Shown in pieces: positions 37,416 to 46,407 of a stretch of 64,000 nucleotides of DNA (position 1 is the first letter of the stretch; each line of letters begins with the position of its first letter). Source of the DNA: Fidelibacterota bacterium (lineage in GTDB: Bacteria > Fidelibacterota > UBA2242); contig DAOTJS010000005.1 of NCBI GenBank assembly GCA_035448825.1, forward strand, positions 6,096 to 70,095, read 5' to 3'. A program made the translations under genes and the position numbers. The notes under the pieces were generated by a model. The model was not told the origin of the DNA and searched no databases. It saw nothing but the letters and a program-made list of their open reading frames with translations.

Positions 37416-37471
37416 CGTATAAATATACTTAAAAAGCGAATAAATATACAACCTCCTTTACATATATGCAA
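37416..37471 (-). promoter_or_regulatory. candidate sigma70-type promoter (TTGCAT-17-TATATT) overlapped by two ARG-box-like palindromes
   Basis: On the minus strand, the -35 element is at 37471-37466 and the -10 element at 37448-37443. Boxes CGTATAAATATAC (37416-37428) and CGAATAAATATACA (37437-37450) are 21 bp apart. They resemble the GAATAAAAATTC-type ARG box. Confidence 0.45.
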
Positions 37472-37656
37472 ATAATATTTTGGGATTCGATAAATGAAAG
37501 TCAATAGTTTGATTTAAATATCAAAACTTCCCCCAATTTTTTAGTAAGTTTTTCTTATACAGAGTAGGTGATTTTTAAATTAAATAATCTCTACAATACT
37601 TTAAGGTCTTCAGTCTAATCTGGATTTTATGGTAGTAAGATAGAGTTTTTAGATTG

Positions 37657-37695
37657 GATTAACTCCGAAGCAGTCCCGCTCGGAGGGACAAGATT
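37657..37695 (+). repeat. solitary copy of the GATTAACTCCGAAG..hairpin..CAAGATT element
   Basis: GATTAACTCCGAAGCAGTCCCGCTCGGAGGGACAAGATT aligns with 6244-6282 and 6153-6188. Confidence 0.8.
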
Positions 37696-37960
37696 TTTAC
37701 CTTTTTTCTCATACCGCGTAGCGGTTAAGGTATTGTAGATCTGAGGAAAGTCCTGTTAAGTATATTTTAAACAATCAGTTGGTCTTTAAATCCAATCAAT
37801 TTATTTAAAAGCAGGGTTAAAGAAAAGCAAGCGGCTTTTAGGATATTATTCTTGAAATAAAGATGCGGAATCGTTATTATTAGATGTAATTGGGAATGGT
37901 GTAAGAGAGTGCAGAGATTTAAATCAAACATATTTATCAAAAAAATTAAAAGGATAGAAG

Positions 37961-38995
37961 ATGTCTAAGCCGTTTGAAACTTACATTCTGCCACTAACAA
38001 TTGTAGTAATCAGTGCCTTAATAGGATTACTGCTGGATAGGTTAGTGTTTAGCCGATGGAGAAAAAACATTCGCAAAACAAGGCATCCGGTATTTAAGGT
38101 TATTGGTCATTCGATGCGTGGTATTTTGATAATCCTGATGGGATTGGTGGGTTTGTACATTGCTTTAAGTTATTTTGGGATCGAGCAAGAAGTTCTAAGT
38201 AGCCTGCGCAAATTACTAATAGTGTTGATTATTTTGACGTTTACGGTTTTGCTGGCACGGATTGCGGTTGGTTTTATCGAGAATTTAGGTCGCCATAGAA
38301 AAATGCCTTCGTTGACTCTCTTTATTAATCTGACAAAGATTGTAGTTTACGTAATCGGATTTTTGATCATTCTGCAAACGCTAGGTATTTCAATCACGCC
38401 ATTATTGACAGCTTTGGGAGTTGGCGGTTTGGCGGTGGCTCTGGCACTCCAAGATACACTTTCTAATCTTTTTGCCGGTATTTTTATCATCGGTACGAGG
38501 TTGGTTCGACCGGATGATTATATAATGCTATCGGGCGGCGTAGAGGGATATGTGAAAGACGTTAACTGGCGCAATACGATTATCAGAACGATGACGAACA
38601 ACGAGAATGTCATTCCTAATTCGGAACTTTCTAAAGTAATAATTACTAATTACAGCCGTCCAGACAAAAAAATGTCTTTGATCGTACCAGTATTGATCGG
38701 CTATAACAATGATTTGAATAAAGTTGAAGAAGTTCTAATCCAGATTGCCAGAGAAGTTCTAAACGAAATTGAAGGCGGTGTAAAAGATAGCGAGCCCCTG
38801 GTGCGTTTTAGTATCTTTGGCGAAAGTAATATCAGCCTCAACTTGATTGTCAAGGTGCGAAATTACGAGGCTCAGTTTCCTATTCGCCATGAATTGATTA
38901 AGCGCATTCACCAGCGCTTTAAGGAGGAAAATATCGAAGTACCTTACCCGGTGCGCACAGTTTATTTAAAATCGCCAGGCGAACAGGAAATCTAA
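37961..38995 (+). CDS. mechanosensitive ion channel (MscS family)
   Basis: 344 aa with N-terminal TM helices, pore-helix block GVGGLAVALALQDTLSNLFAGIFI and a beta-domain. Confidence 0.88.
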   Translation: MSKPFETYILPLTIVVISALIGLLLDRLVFSRWRKNIRKTRHPVFKVIGHSMRGILIILMGLVGLYIALSYFGIEQEVLSSLRKLLIVLIILTFTVLLARIAVGFIENLGRHRKMPSLTLFINLTKIVVYVIGFLIILQTLGISITPLLTALGVGGLAVALALQDTLSNLFAGIFIIGTRLVRPDDYIMLSGGVEGYVKDVNWRNTIIRTMTNNENVIPNSELSKVIITNYSRPDKKMSLIVPVLIGYNNDLNKVEEVLIQIAREVLNEIEGGVKDSEPLVRFSIFGESNISLNLIVKVRNYEAQFPIRHELIKRIHQRFKEENIEVPYPVRTVYLKSPGEQEI

Positions 38996-39281
38996 GGTCA
39001 ATGTTTTGAATAAAATATGAACTCTAGATTTCATTGAATTTAATACCGTGACGAAATGAAATTTATCAACTTTTTCCAAGAATTATAGACGAGACAGCGA
39101 CGACAGAATATTTGTCATACAACTCTTGACTTTTAATTTCTTATTTCATAAAGTTAGGATGTGAATGGAGAGTGTAGAATAAAACTAATTCCAACTGCAC
39201 CAGAGAGAAAATCATATTTTATAAATAGGCTGGCTTATTATAGGCCAGACTATTTAATCTTTCAACCTTAAACGAAGGGAG

Positions 39282-42200
39282 ATGGTTATGAAAAAATTTA
39301 AGTTATTGACAATTAGTCTGATTATCCTGTTCGGACTGAGTGTGGCAGTCAACGGACAGCAAGTAATCGGTTCTTTCCCGACTATGGACGGTGGATTTGA
39401 AGGACAAACTGAAGGGGTGTTAGTAGGAACGAGTATTGCTACTGGTGTACAAAGAACTGATTGGACTACAAGTAGTTCAAATTTAGGAACGATTTATACA
39501 ATTGGAGGTAGGTCTGGTCCACGATATATGAATGCATGGACTACATCTACAGGTAAACGTTGGCAATCACCTACGGCAGGTGAAGGTGCAATTACAAATG
39601 TTGAGTACACCGTTCAGTACTATTATAGAACATCTGGTACAACTGCTACTGCTGAATGTATGCAAATTGGTGTAAGTCCGGATGGAACTGGTTCACCAAA
39701 ATATTACCCAGCCTCTACTCCATTTATTTCGTTACCAGGTACTAATGGAGTGTGGGCAAAATACTCTGCTCAAGTTACTGTACCAACAGCAGGGGGGGCT
39801 GGTAAGTATGGAATTGGAATGATTCGTGCAAACACTCCAACAATGGGAGTAGCTCTTGATATAGACGATTTCGTGATGTACGAAGGTGCCTTAGACGAAA
39901 TTGCTCCAGATGAACCGATAAGTCCAGTTGTTTCTGGAGAAACTACGACATCCTTAAATATTAGTTGGACTGCACCGGCTACTGGCGTTGACGGCGGCGG
40001 TTATTTAGTTGTCAGAGGCTCAGCCGATCCGACTACCGCTCCGAACGTAAACGGAATTTATGCAATTGGAAATACCATTGCAGCTGGAGAGGAAGTAGTT
40101 TATATAGGCACGGCCACCTCTTTTACTGACGAAAACCTGTCGAGTGAGACAACATACTATTATCGGGTTTATACTGTTGATAAGGCTTTTAACTATTCTG
40201 CAGGTGTCCCGGTCAACGGGACCACTTTAGGAATATCTGGGCCAGATGATCCAGTTCCAACTCTTTCCGGTAGAACAACGACTTCTATCAGCTTCACCTG
40301 GGCTAAAAATGTTGCCAGTGATAATGTTATGCTGGCCTATAAAACCACTGACGATATTGGAACTCCGGTTAATGGAACTGCCTATGCCGTTGGTGAACAT
40401 TTAGCTGATGGTGCGACGGTGCTTTACAATGGCGGTGATCAGACAAGTTATACTCACTCCGGTTTGACGCCGAATACAACCTACTATTACAAATTCTTTT
40501 CCGTGGATGGAAGCCTGAATTACTCCACTGGTGTTAGTAGTAGCGCCAAGACTTTGATGGCAGAGCCTTCCAACCATGCCGCATCTTTTACGGCTACCGA
40601 AGTGACCTATACCAGTATCAAACTGACCTGGTTGGATAACGATGGTGATTATCCCGCCGAACAATTTCTGGTAGTTCTGGAAACCGCCAGTGGTTTTGCC
40701 CCGGAAGATGGGCAAGTGTATTCTGATATTGATGCAAATAAATGGGTAAAATATGTTAATCATGGTGTCCAAACCGTGACTTTCACCGGTCTGGAAGACG
40801 GCGTTACTTATTACGCCAAAATCTGGCCGGTTTCTAACACTGGCGGCAGTGCCGAATACTATGATTACAAAACTGACGGTACAGTTCCGGAGCTTTCTCA
40901 AGCGACTCCAGCCTATCCGAGCTTGCCATTCGTTGAGAACTTCGATTATACGATCGGTGACTTGCTCACCAATCACGGGTGGGTTGCTCATAGTGGCGCC
41001 GGAAATCAATCTATTGATGTGACCAGCGGATTGGTGTTTGATGGCTATCTGGGTTCCGGCGTCGGCGGTGCCGCGAATCTGGATAATAATGGAGAAGATG
41101 TTCATAAAGTTTTTGATCCAGTCACGGCGGATTCAATCTATGCCTCGTTCATTATTCAGACTGAGAGCTCGAATGCAGCAGGTTATTTCCTCCATTTAGG
41201 CAAATCAGAAATTGGTACGACCTGGTTGGGAAGAGTATGGGTTAACGCGACTGGTGATGGGGTAGCGATTAGTAGTGGAAGTGCCCCAGCCAGTTATGTT
41301 CCGATCACAGCGGGTAAGCCGACGCTCTTAGTGGTAAAATATAATTTGAGTACGAAAATCAGCAGTCTGTATGTTTTTGATACGTTTCCGACTGAGGAAC
41401 CGGCGACACCCAATCTTACCTTTACTGAAACCAGTAACTTTGCAAATGTCGGCAGTATTGCCTTGAGACAATACAATGCCAATCAGCGAGTTATCGTTGA
41501 TGGCATTCGGGTAGCCAAGACCTGGGCTGAGGCAGTTGCACCCGCGCCGCTCGATCTGGTCAGCACGCCGACTTTTGATCCACCAGCCGGAAATTATTAT
41601 ACTACTCAAAATGTAACTATCTCAACGACTACTGAAGGGGCGACGATTTACTATACTACTGATGGCAATGATCCGACTGATAGCAGTCCAGTTTATACGG
41701 TACCGATTCCGGTGAGTAGTACAACGACTATAAAAGCTAAGGCATATAAAACCGGTTATACACCAAGTTCGGTTGCCACGGCCGTATATTCTTTCCCAAT
41801 TGAAGTAGCTAATATTGCGGCTTTAAGAGATTTACCGACCGGACCAACCTGGTACAAGCTTACTGGAGAAGCTGTCTTGACTTTTAAATCTACTACCCGG
41901 CATACTAAATATATTCAGGATGCCACCGGTGCTATTCTAATTGATGACTATTCCGGCGTAATTACAACTCCATACAATCTGTACGATGGAATCACCGGAA
42001 TTATCGGATCTTTGCAAGATTATAATGGAATGTTACAATTTGTGCCAGTAACCGACCCCGGTCCGGCGACCAGTACCGGGAATGCAGTTGCACCAGTTGA
42101 AGTTACTCTCGCAAATCTGAATACTGATTACCAAGCGAAATTGGTTAAGATCAAGAATGTGGTAATTTCAGGAACTGGTAATTTTGCCGCCAGTACCAAT

Positions 42201-44597
42201 TATACAATCACTGACGTAACTGGATCGGGCGTTATCCGTACTCAATATGCCGATCTGGATTACTTAGGTAAGCCGATTCCCACTACTCTCCAGAATTTAA
42301 CTGGAGTGGTTTTGCAATATCAGACAACGACACAATTTATACCGCGTAGTCTGGCAGATTTCGAAGACGCCTCACTGACGCAATACCGTAGCAAAACCAG
42401 TGGTAATTGGACCGATGCAAGTACCTGGCAAAAATTGGTTGGATCTGAATGGATAGACGCCACCAGTGCGCCAGAAGGCTTTTCCGATTATATCACAATT
42501 AAAGCTGGTGATACTGTTACCGTAAATGATACTCTTCGAATAGGTTCTGGTGCGAAAGTAAATGTCAATGGTTATTTAAAGAATAAGGTTAGCATTATTA
42601 GTAATGGTACGTTTGTTTTCACCAACGGAAGTATCTACGAACATGCAATTGACAAAGACGCCATTCCTAAAGCAACATGGGAAGAAGGAGCGACATGTTT
42701 GATAACTGGCATAACCGGGACTTCAGCGCCAACGGGACTTAACCAGGAGTTCTATAATTTTACCTGGAATTGCCCATCTCAAAGCGGTAATCTCAATTTT
42801 AACGCTAATTTGACCACCATTAAAGGCGATTTCAATGTTTTAAATACTAACGGTAAACAATTAAGATTAGGAAGTGTAGATCTGACTGTCAATATTGGCG
42901 GTGATGTGAATATCGGACAAAATGCACTGTTGACCAGCTCCGGTTCAGCCGGTACATACACGATTACGGTGAATGTTGGTGGTGATATTAATATATCTGG
43001 CGGAACATTGTATTTAGAAAATGCGGGGAGTCTAGTCGCTGACTGGAATCTGGCAGGCGATTTAGTAATGTATAATGGAACATTAGGCAGGCAGGGCTCA
43101 GGGACCGGTAATTTAAACTTCATAGAAGGTTCACATGTTTTTAACCGAACGGGTGGAACAATTACCAGTAATAACGGTGGCCCTATTTTTAATGTCAAAA
43201 CGGGAGCTACTCTGGATTTGGGTACCAGCCGAATCGAACAAGGACCTTTTAATTTAGATTCTGCGGCGACTTTAATCTGTGGCAATCCGGGTGGACTCGA
43301 CAGTAGTTTAACAACTCCAAGGGCTATCACTTTTTCGCCTTATGCCAATTACGTATTTAATTGCCCCAGTGAACAAGTTACCGGTAAACTGTTACCGGCG
43401 GTTGTTAACAACCTGACCTTTGAGAGTTCCGTTGGCGATACTTTGTCGCATAATGTCACTGTCAATGGTTTGCTGACTGTGAATAGCGGTTATTTAGAGA
43501 TCTCTGGTGATACTATCACGCTTGGACCAGCCGCTATGCTTGCTGAAACCGGCGGTCTGGTCAAAGGTGACGGTATTATGACTACTACCCGCACTTTGAA
43601 TAATATCAATGCTGAAAATGTGGCCGGTTTGGGTGCCGTAATGACCACTACGAAAGATATGGGTTCGACAGTCGTGACCCGTGGTCATTCAGCCAATTCT
43701 GTGAATGGCAGACCTAGGCCTAGTATTAGACGTTATTATGATATTCTGCCGACGAATAATAGCGGACTTAATGCGACGCTAGTTTTCAAATATGATGAAT
43801 CGGAATTGGGTGATTTATCAGAATCAGATAAACTGGTGCTATTTAGTCGCTCTGAGGAGGCATCTTTCTGGAGTGAAAGGGGTGGCATATTGGATACCGC
43901 CAATAATCAAATAACTTTAGCAGGCATTGATAAATTATCAAGATGGACGATTGGGGTGCATGTAAATACTCCGCCTTCGCCCGTTACTATGTTGAAACCT
44001 ACCGAAGGCTATGTAGTTACCAATAGCGATATTGTTCAGGATTCACTGATTGAATTAAAATGGAGCAAAGCCGTTGATCCAGACGGTGAGGCGTTGACTT
44101 ATAATTTATTTATCTTGAAGGTGGATATAGATTCGATTGTTGTCGCGATTGAAATACCGGATACGTCTGTTCTGATTAAGGCGCCGACTTACAAAGACAA
44201 TGGTAGTTATAAAGTCTATGTTCTAGCTTATGATCCCTGGGAGGCTTTCAGCAGTTCCGATACGGTCAATTTTACCATTAATCTTACCCAGGTAGGTATC
44301 AAAGGAGACTTGATTCCGAAAGTCTTTGCCCTGCATCAGAACTACCCGAATCCATTTAATCCGATTACCACGATTAAATACGACTTGCCCAAAGATGTGT
44401 ATGTCAAGCTGGTGATTTATGATCTTATGGGGCGGGAAGTTCGCACACTGGTCAATGAGAAACAGCAAGCCGGGTATCAGTCAATCATCTGGGATGCCAG
44501 GAATAATTATGGAATGCAGGTTAGTTCTGGCTATTACATCTGCGTAATGCAGGCAGGCGAATTCCGTAAGAACCAAAAGATGGTATTAATGAAATAA
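39282..44597 (+). CDS. giant secreted multidomain surface protein with T9SS sorting domain (FN3 repeats, LamG-like, CHB_HEX_C-like, beta-helix-like)
   Basis: 1771 aa. The start is 39282 or 39288 (MKKFKLLTISLIILFG.., a signal peptide, with GAAGGGAG upstream). There are three FN3-like repeats ending ..TTYYYRVY/..TTYYYKFF/..VTYYAKIW. GATIYYTTDGNDPTDSSPVY lies near 41640. A Gly/Asn/Thr-rich beta-helix-like region spans about 42400-43700. The C-terminal domain is QNYPNPFNPITTIKYDL..GYYICV. Confidence 0.85.
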   Translation: MVMKKFKLLTISLIILFGLSVAVNGQQVIGSFPTMDGGFEGQTEGVLVGTSIATGVQRTDWTTSSSNLGTIYTIGGRSGPRYMNAWTTSTGKRWQSPTAGEGAITNVEYTVQYYYRTSGTTATAECMQIGVSPDGTGSPKYYPASTPFISLPGTNGVWAKYSAQVTVPTAGGAGKYGIGMIRANTPTMGVALDIDDFVMYEGALDEIAPDEPISPVVSGETTTSLNISWTAPATGVDGGGYLVVRGSADPTTAPNVNGIYAIGNTIAAGEEVVYIGTATSFTDENLSSETTYYYRVYTVDKAFNYSAGVPVNGTTLGISGPDDPVPTLSGRTTTSISFTWAKNVASDNVMLAYKTTDDIGTPVNGTAYAVGEHLADGATVLYNGGDQTSYTHSGLTPNTTYYYKFFSVDGSLNYSTGVSSSAKTLMAEPSNHAASFTATEVTYTSIKLTWLDNDGDYPAEQFLVVLETASGFAPEDGQVYSDIDANKWVKYVNHGVQTVTFTGLEDGVTYYAKIWPVSNTGGSAEYYDYKTDGTVPELSQATPAYPSLPFVENFDYTIGDLLTNHGWVAHSGAGNQSIDVTSGLVFDGYLGSGVGGAANLDNNGEDVHKVFDPVTADSIYASFIIQTESSNAAGYFLHLGKSEIGTTWLGRVWVNATGDGVAISSGSAPASYVPITAGKPTLLVVKYNLSTKISSLYVFDTFPTEEPATPNLTFTETSNFANVGSIALRQYNANQRVIVDGIRVAKTWAEAVAPAPLDLVSTPTFDPPAGNYYTTQNVTISTTTEGATIYYTTDGNDPTDSSPVYTVPIPVSSTTTIKAKAYKTGYTPSSVATAVYSFPIEVANIAALRDLPTGPTWYKLTGEAVLTFKSTTRHTKYIQDATGAILIDDYSGVITTPYNLYDGITGIIGSLQDYNGMLQFVPVTDPGPATSTGNAVAPVEVTLANLNTDYQAKLVKIKNVVISGTGNFAASTNYTITDVTGSGVIRTQYADLDYLGKPIPTTLQNLTGVVLQYQTTTQFIPRSLADFEDASLTQYRSKTSGNWTDASTWQKLVGSEWIDATSAPEGFSDYITIKAGDTVTVNDTLRIGSGAKVNVNGYLKNKVSIISNGTFVFTNGSIYEHAIDKDAIPKATWEEGATCLITGITGTSAPTGLNQEFYNFTWNCPSQSGNLNFNANLTTIKGDFNVLNTNGKQLRLGSVDLTVNIGGDVNIGQNALLTSSGSAGTYTITVNVGGDINISGGTLYLENAGSLVADWNLAGDLVMYNGTLGRQGSGTGNLNFIEGSHVFNRTGGTITSNNGGPIFNVKTGATLDLGTSRIEQGPFNLDSAATLICGNPGGLDSSLTTPRAITFSPYANYVFNCPSEQVTGKLLPAVVNNLTFESSVGDTLSHNVTVNGLLTVNSGYLEISGDTITLGPAAMLAETGGLVKGDGIMTTTRTLNNINAENVAGLGAVMTTTKDMGSTVVTRGHSANSVNGRPRPSIRRYYDILPTNNSGLNATLVFKYDESELGDLSESDKLVLFSRSEEASFWSERGGILDTANNQITLAGIDKLSRWTIGVHVNTPPSPVTMLKPTEGYVVTNSDIVQDSLIELKWSKAVDPDGEALTYNLFILKVDIDSIVVAIEIPDTSVLIKAPTYKDNGSYKVYVLAYDPWEAFSSSDTVNFTINLTQVGIKGDLIPKVFALHQNYPNPFNPITTIKYDLPKDVYVKLVIYDLMGREVRTLVNEKQQAGYQSIIWDARNNYGMQVSSGYYICVMQAGEFRKNQKMVLMK

Positions 44598-44623
44598 GGC
44601 ATTTCCTGAGGTTTTGTGAGAGA

Positions 44624-44653
44624 AGAGGCTGTCGTATGACAGCCTCTTTTTTT
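44624..44653 (+). terminator. intrinsic terminator of the giant gene
   Basis: AGAGGCTGTC-GTAT-GACAGCCTCT followed by a 7-T run. Confidence 0.85.
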
Positions 44654-44854
44654 GTAGGACAGGCATTCTTGCCTGTCTATGGGATGATGTAGGTCGAAAT
44701 GGTATTTCGACCATGGCGATTTAGCAAATCGCCCTACAATGTTAAGGTATTCCTGCCTGTCGGAAATAGACAGCCTGGAAAGGCTGTCCTACGTATTTTG
44801 AGGGATGGGCTTTTTTGCTTATCTATTACTGACAGCCTGGAAAGGCTGTCCTAC
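44654..44854. repeat. cluster of five GTAGG-headed REP hairpins
   Basis: GTAGG+GACAGGCA/TGCCTGTC (44654-44677). GTAGG+GGTCGAAAT/ATTTCGACC (44689-44712). GGCGATTT/AAATCGCC+CCTAC (44715-44737). GACAGCC/GGCTGTC+CCTAC occurs twice (44769-44792 and 44831-44854). Confidence 0.85.
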
Positions 44855-44919
44855 AAAAAATTATTTGATATTTTCAATTATTTTCGGCAAATTTGCACGC
44901 TTTTTAAGGAGTAATGAAA

Positions 44920-45114
44920 ATGTCGAAAGTTTGTGATATTTGCGGAAAAAAGTCGCTTCACGGTAACAAAGTTAGTCACGCTAATAATAAAACTCATCGG
45001 AGATGGGAACCAAATTTGCGCAAAATAAGAATATTGGACAATAACGGTTCGATTAAGACTGTAAAAGTTTGTCTGTCCTGTCTCAAAAGCGGTACAATAC
45101 AAAAAGCGGTTTGA
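44920..45114 (+). CDS. rpmB: 50S ribosomal protein L28
   Basis: [33 protein letters not shown].. is a typical L28. AAGGAG lies 8 nt upstream of the ATG at 44920, and the ATG at 44914 is too close to it. Confidence 0.92.
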   Translation: MSKVCDICGKKSLHGNKVSHANNKTHRRWEPNLRKIRILDNNGSIKTVKVCLSCLKSGTIQKAV

Positions 45115-45137
45115 TAGTGATACTCTGAAGATTAATA

Positions 45138-45172
45138 TTAAAAGCCCCTGATTTTACAGGGGCTTTTTGTTT
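45138..45172. terminator. bidirectional intrinsic terminator (rpmB / ftsZ)
   Basis: AAAGCCCCTG-ATTTTA-CAGGGGCTTT has T-runs on both strands. It lies between convergent stops at 45114 and 45195. Confidence 0.8.
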
Positions 45173-45194
45173 AATAGTAGAGGAATAGGTCGGA

Positions 45195-46394
45195 TTATTT
45201 AATTTTGTAACGTAGATAAGTTGGAATATTAGTCTGTTGTGCTTTACGAGAAGTATAACTAGCCGCATTTATTTCAGCGGGATTCGGAATTTTCAGGACT
45301 TCTTCATCGTTAAAAAGACTAACAGGCTGGCCGGGTTCAGCGATTCTATTCCAGATGTCATCCTCCTTTGGCGGTTCATTTTTAATCGGAAAAGAGAAAA
45401 CCTCCGTATTGGCGGTCAGATTAATCGGTATCGGCGCTTCGCCAAAACCGGTCGCGATGACGGTAATCATAATTTCATCGGTGTAGTTTTCGTCCACAAC
45501 CATACCGAAAATAGTTTCAGCATTGGAACCAACCTCGTCCCTGATTATTGAGCAGGCTTCGTCAACTTCATGAATATCGAGATTAGTCGGTCCGGTAATG
45601 TTAATCAACAGGCCTTTGGCGTCTTTGATATTTACTTCGTCGAGTAGCGGACTGGAAATAGCTTGCTGAGCGGCTAGAACAGCGCGTTCCTCGCCGGTTG
45701 CCAGACCGGTGCCCATAATAGCTTCCCCCATATTTTTCATAATGGTTCTAACGTCGGCAAAATCTAGATTGATAACGCCATTTTTATTAATCAGGTCCGA
45801 AATGCCGCGAATCGCTTGATACAATACACTGTCAGCGGTTTTGAAAGCGTCCATGATGGAGGTATTACGTTCGACAATCGCCAGTAATTTTTGGTTCGGA
45901 ATGACGATCAAAGTATCAACGCATTTCTTAAGTTCGGCGATACCCTCTTCGGCGCGTGCCATCCGCTTAGGTCCCTCGAAATTAAAAGGTTTAGTGACGA
46001 TTCCAACGGTCAATGAGCCTTGTTCACGTGCCAGTTGAGCGACAATCGGCGCGGCACCGGTTCCGGTTCCGCCTCCCATTCCAGCGGCTATGAAAACCAT
46101 ATCGGTATTTTCGAGTATTGTGGCTATCGTTTGGCGGTCGGCTTCCGCCGCTTTCCGTCCAATATCAGCGATAGCCCCGGCGCCCCGACCACGAGTCAAT
46201 GCCCGTCCTATCTGATATTTTATAGGAGCTTTACAACGGTCAAGAGCCTGTATGTCCGTATTAAGACCAACAAAATCCACTCCGGTTAATCCATTCTCAA
46301 TCATTCTAGTAATGGCGTTTCCACCGCCACCTCCGATGCCAATGACTTTCGTTTTGGCTTGTTGATTGGCTAATTCTTCGAATTCAAATAACAT
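45195..46394 (-). CDS. ftsZ: cell division protein FtsZ
   Basis: 399 aa: GIGGGGGNA, GGGTGTGAAP, and the C-terminal peptide NIPTYLR. Confidence 0.97.
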   Translation of the reverse strand: MLFEFEELANQQAKTKVIGIGGGGGNAITRMIENGLTGVDFVGLNTDIQALDRCKAPIKYQIGRALTRGRGAGAIADIGRKAAEADRQTIATILENTDMVFIAAGMGGGTGTGAAPIVAQLAREQGSLTVGIVTKPFNFEGPKRMARAEEGIAELKKCVDTLIVIPNQKLLAIVERNTSIMDAFKTADSVLYQAIRGISDLINKNGVINLDFADVRTIMKNMGEAIMGTGLATGEERAVLAAQQAISSPLLDEVNIKDAKGLLINITGPTNLDIHEVDEACSIIRDEVGSNAETIFGMVVDENYTDEIMITVIATGFGEAPIPINLTANTEVFSFPIKNEPPKEDDIWNRIAEPGQPVSLFNDEEVLKIPNPAEINAASYTSRKAQQTNIPTYLRYKIK

Positions 46395-46407
46395 TTTGCC
46401 TCCCTAA

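Noticed and set aside
40401-43330. Long antisense ORFs inside the giant gene (40401..41105, 234 aa; 42779..43330, 183 aa).
   Set aside because: The sense frame has clear domain-like content and runs uninterrupted for 1771 codons. The antisense products are low-complexity and lack recognisable motifs or start contexts.
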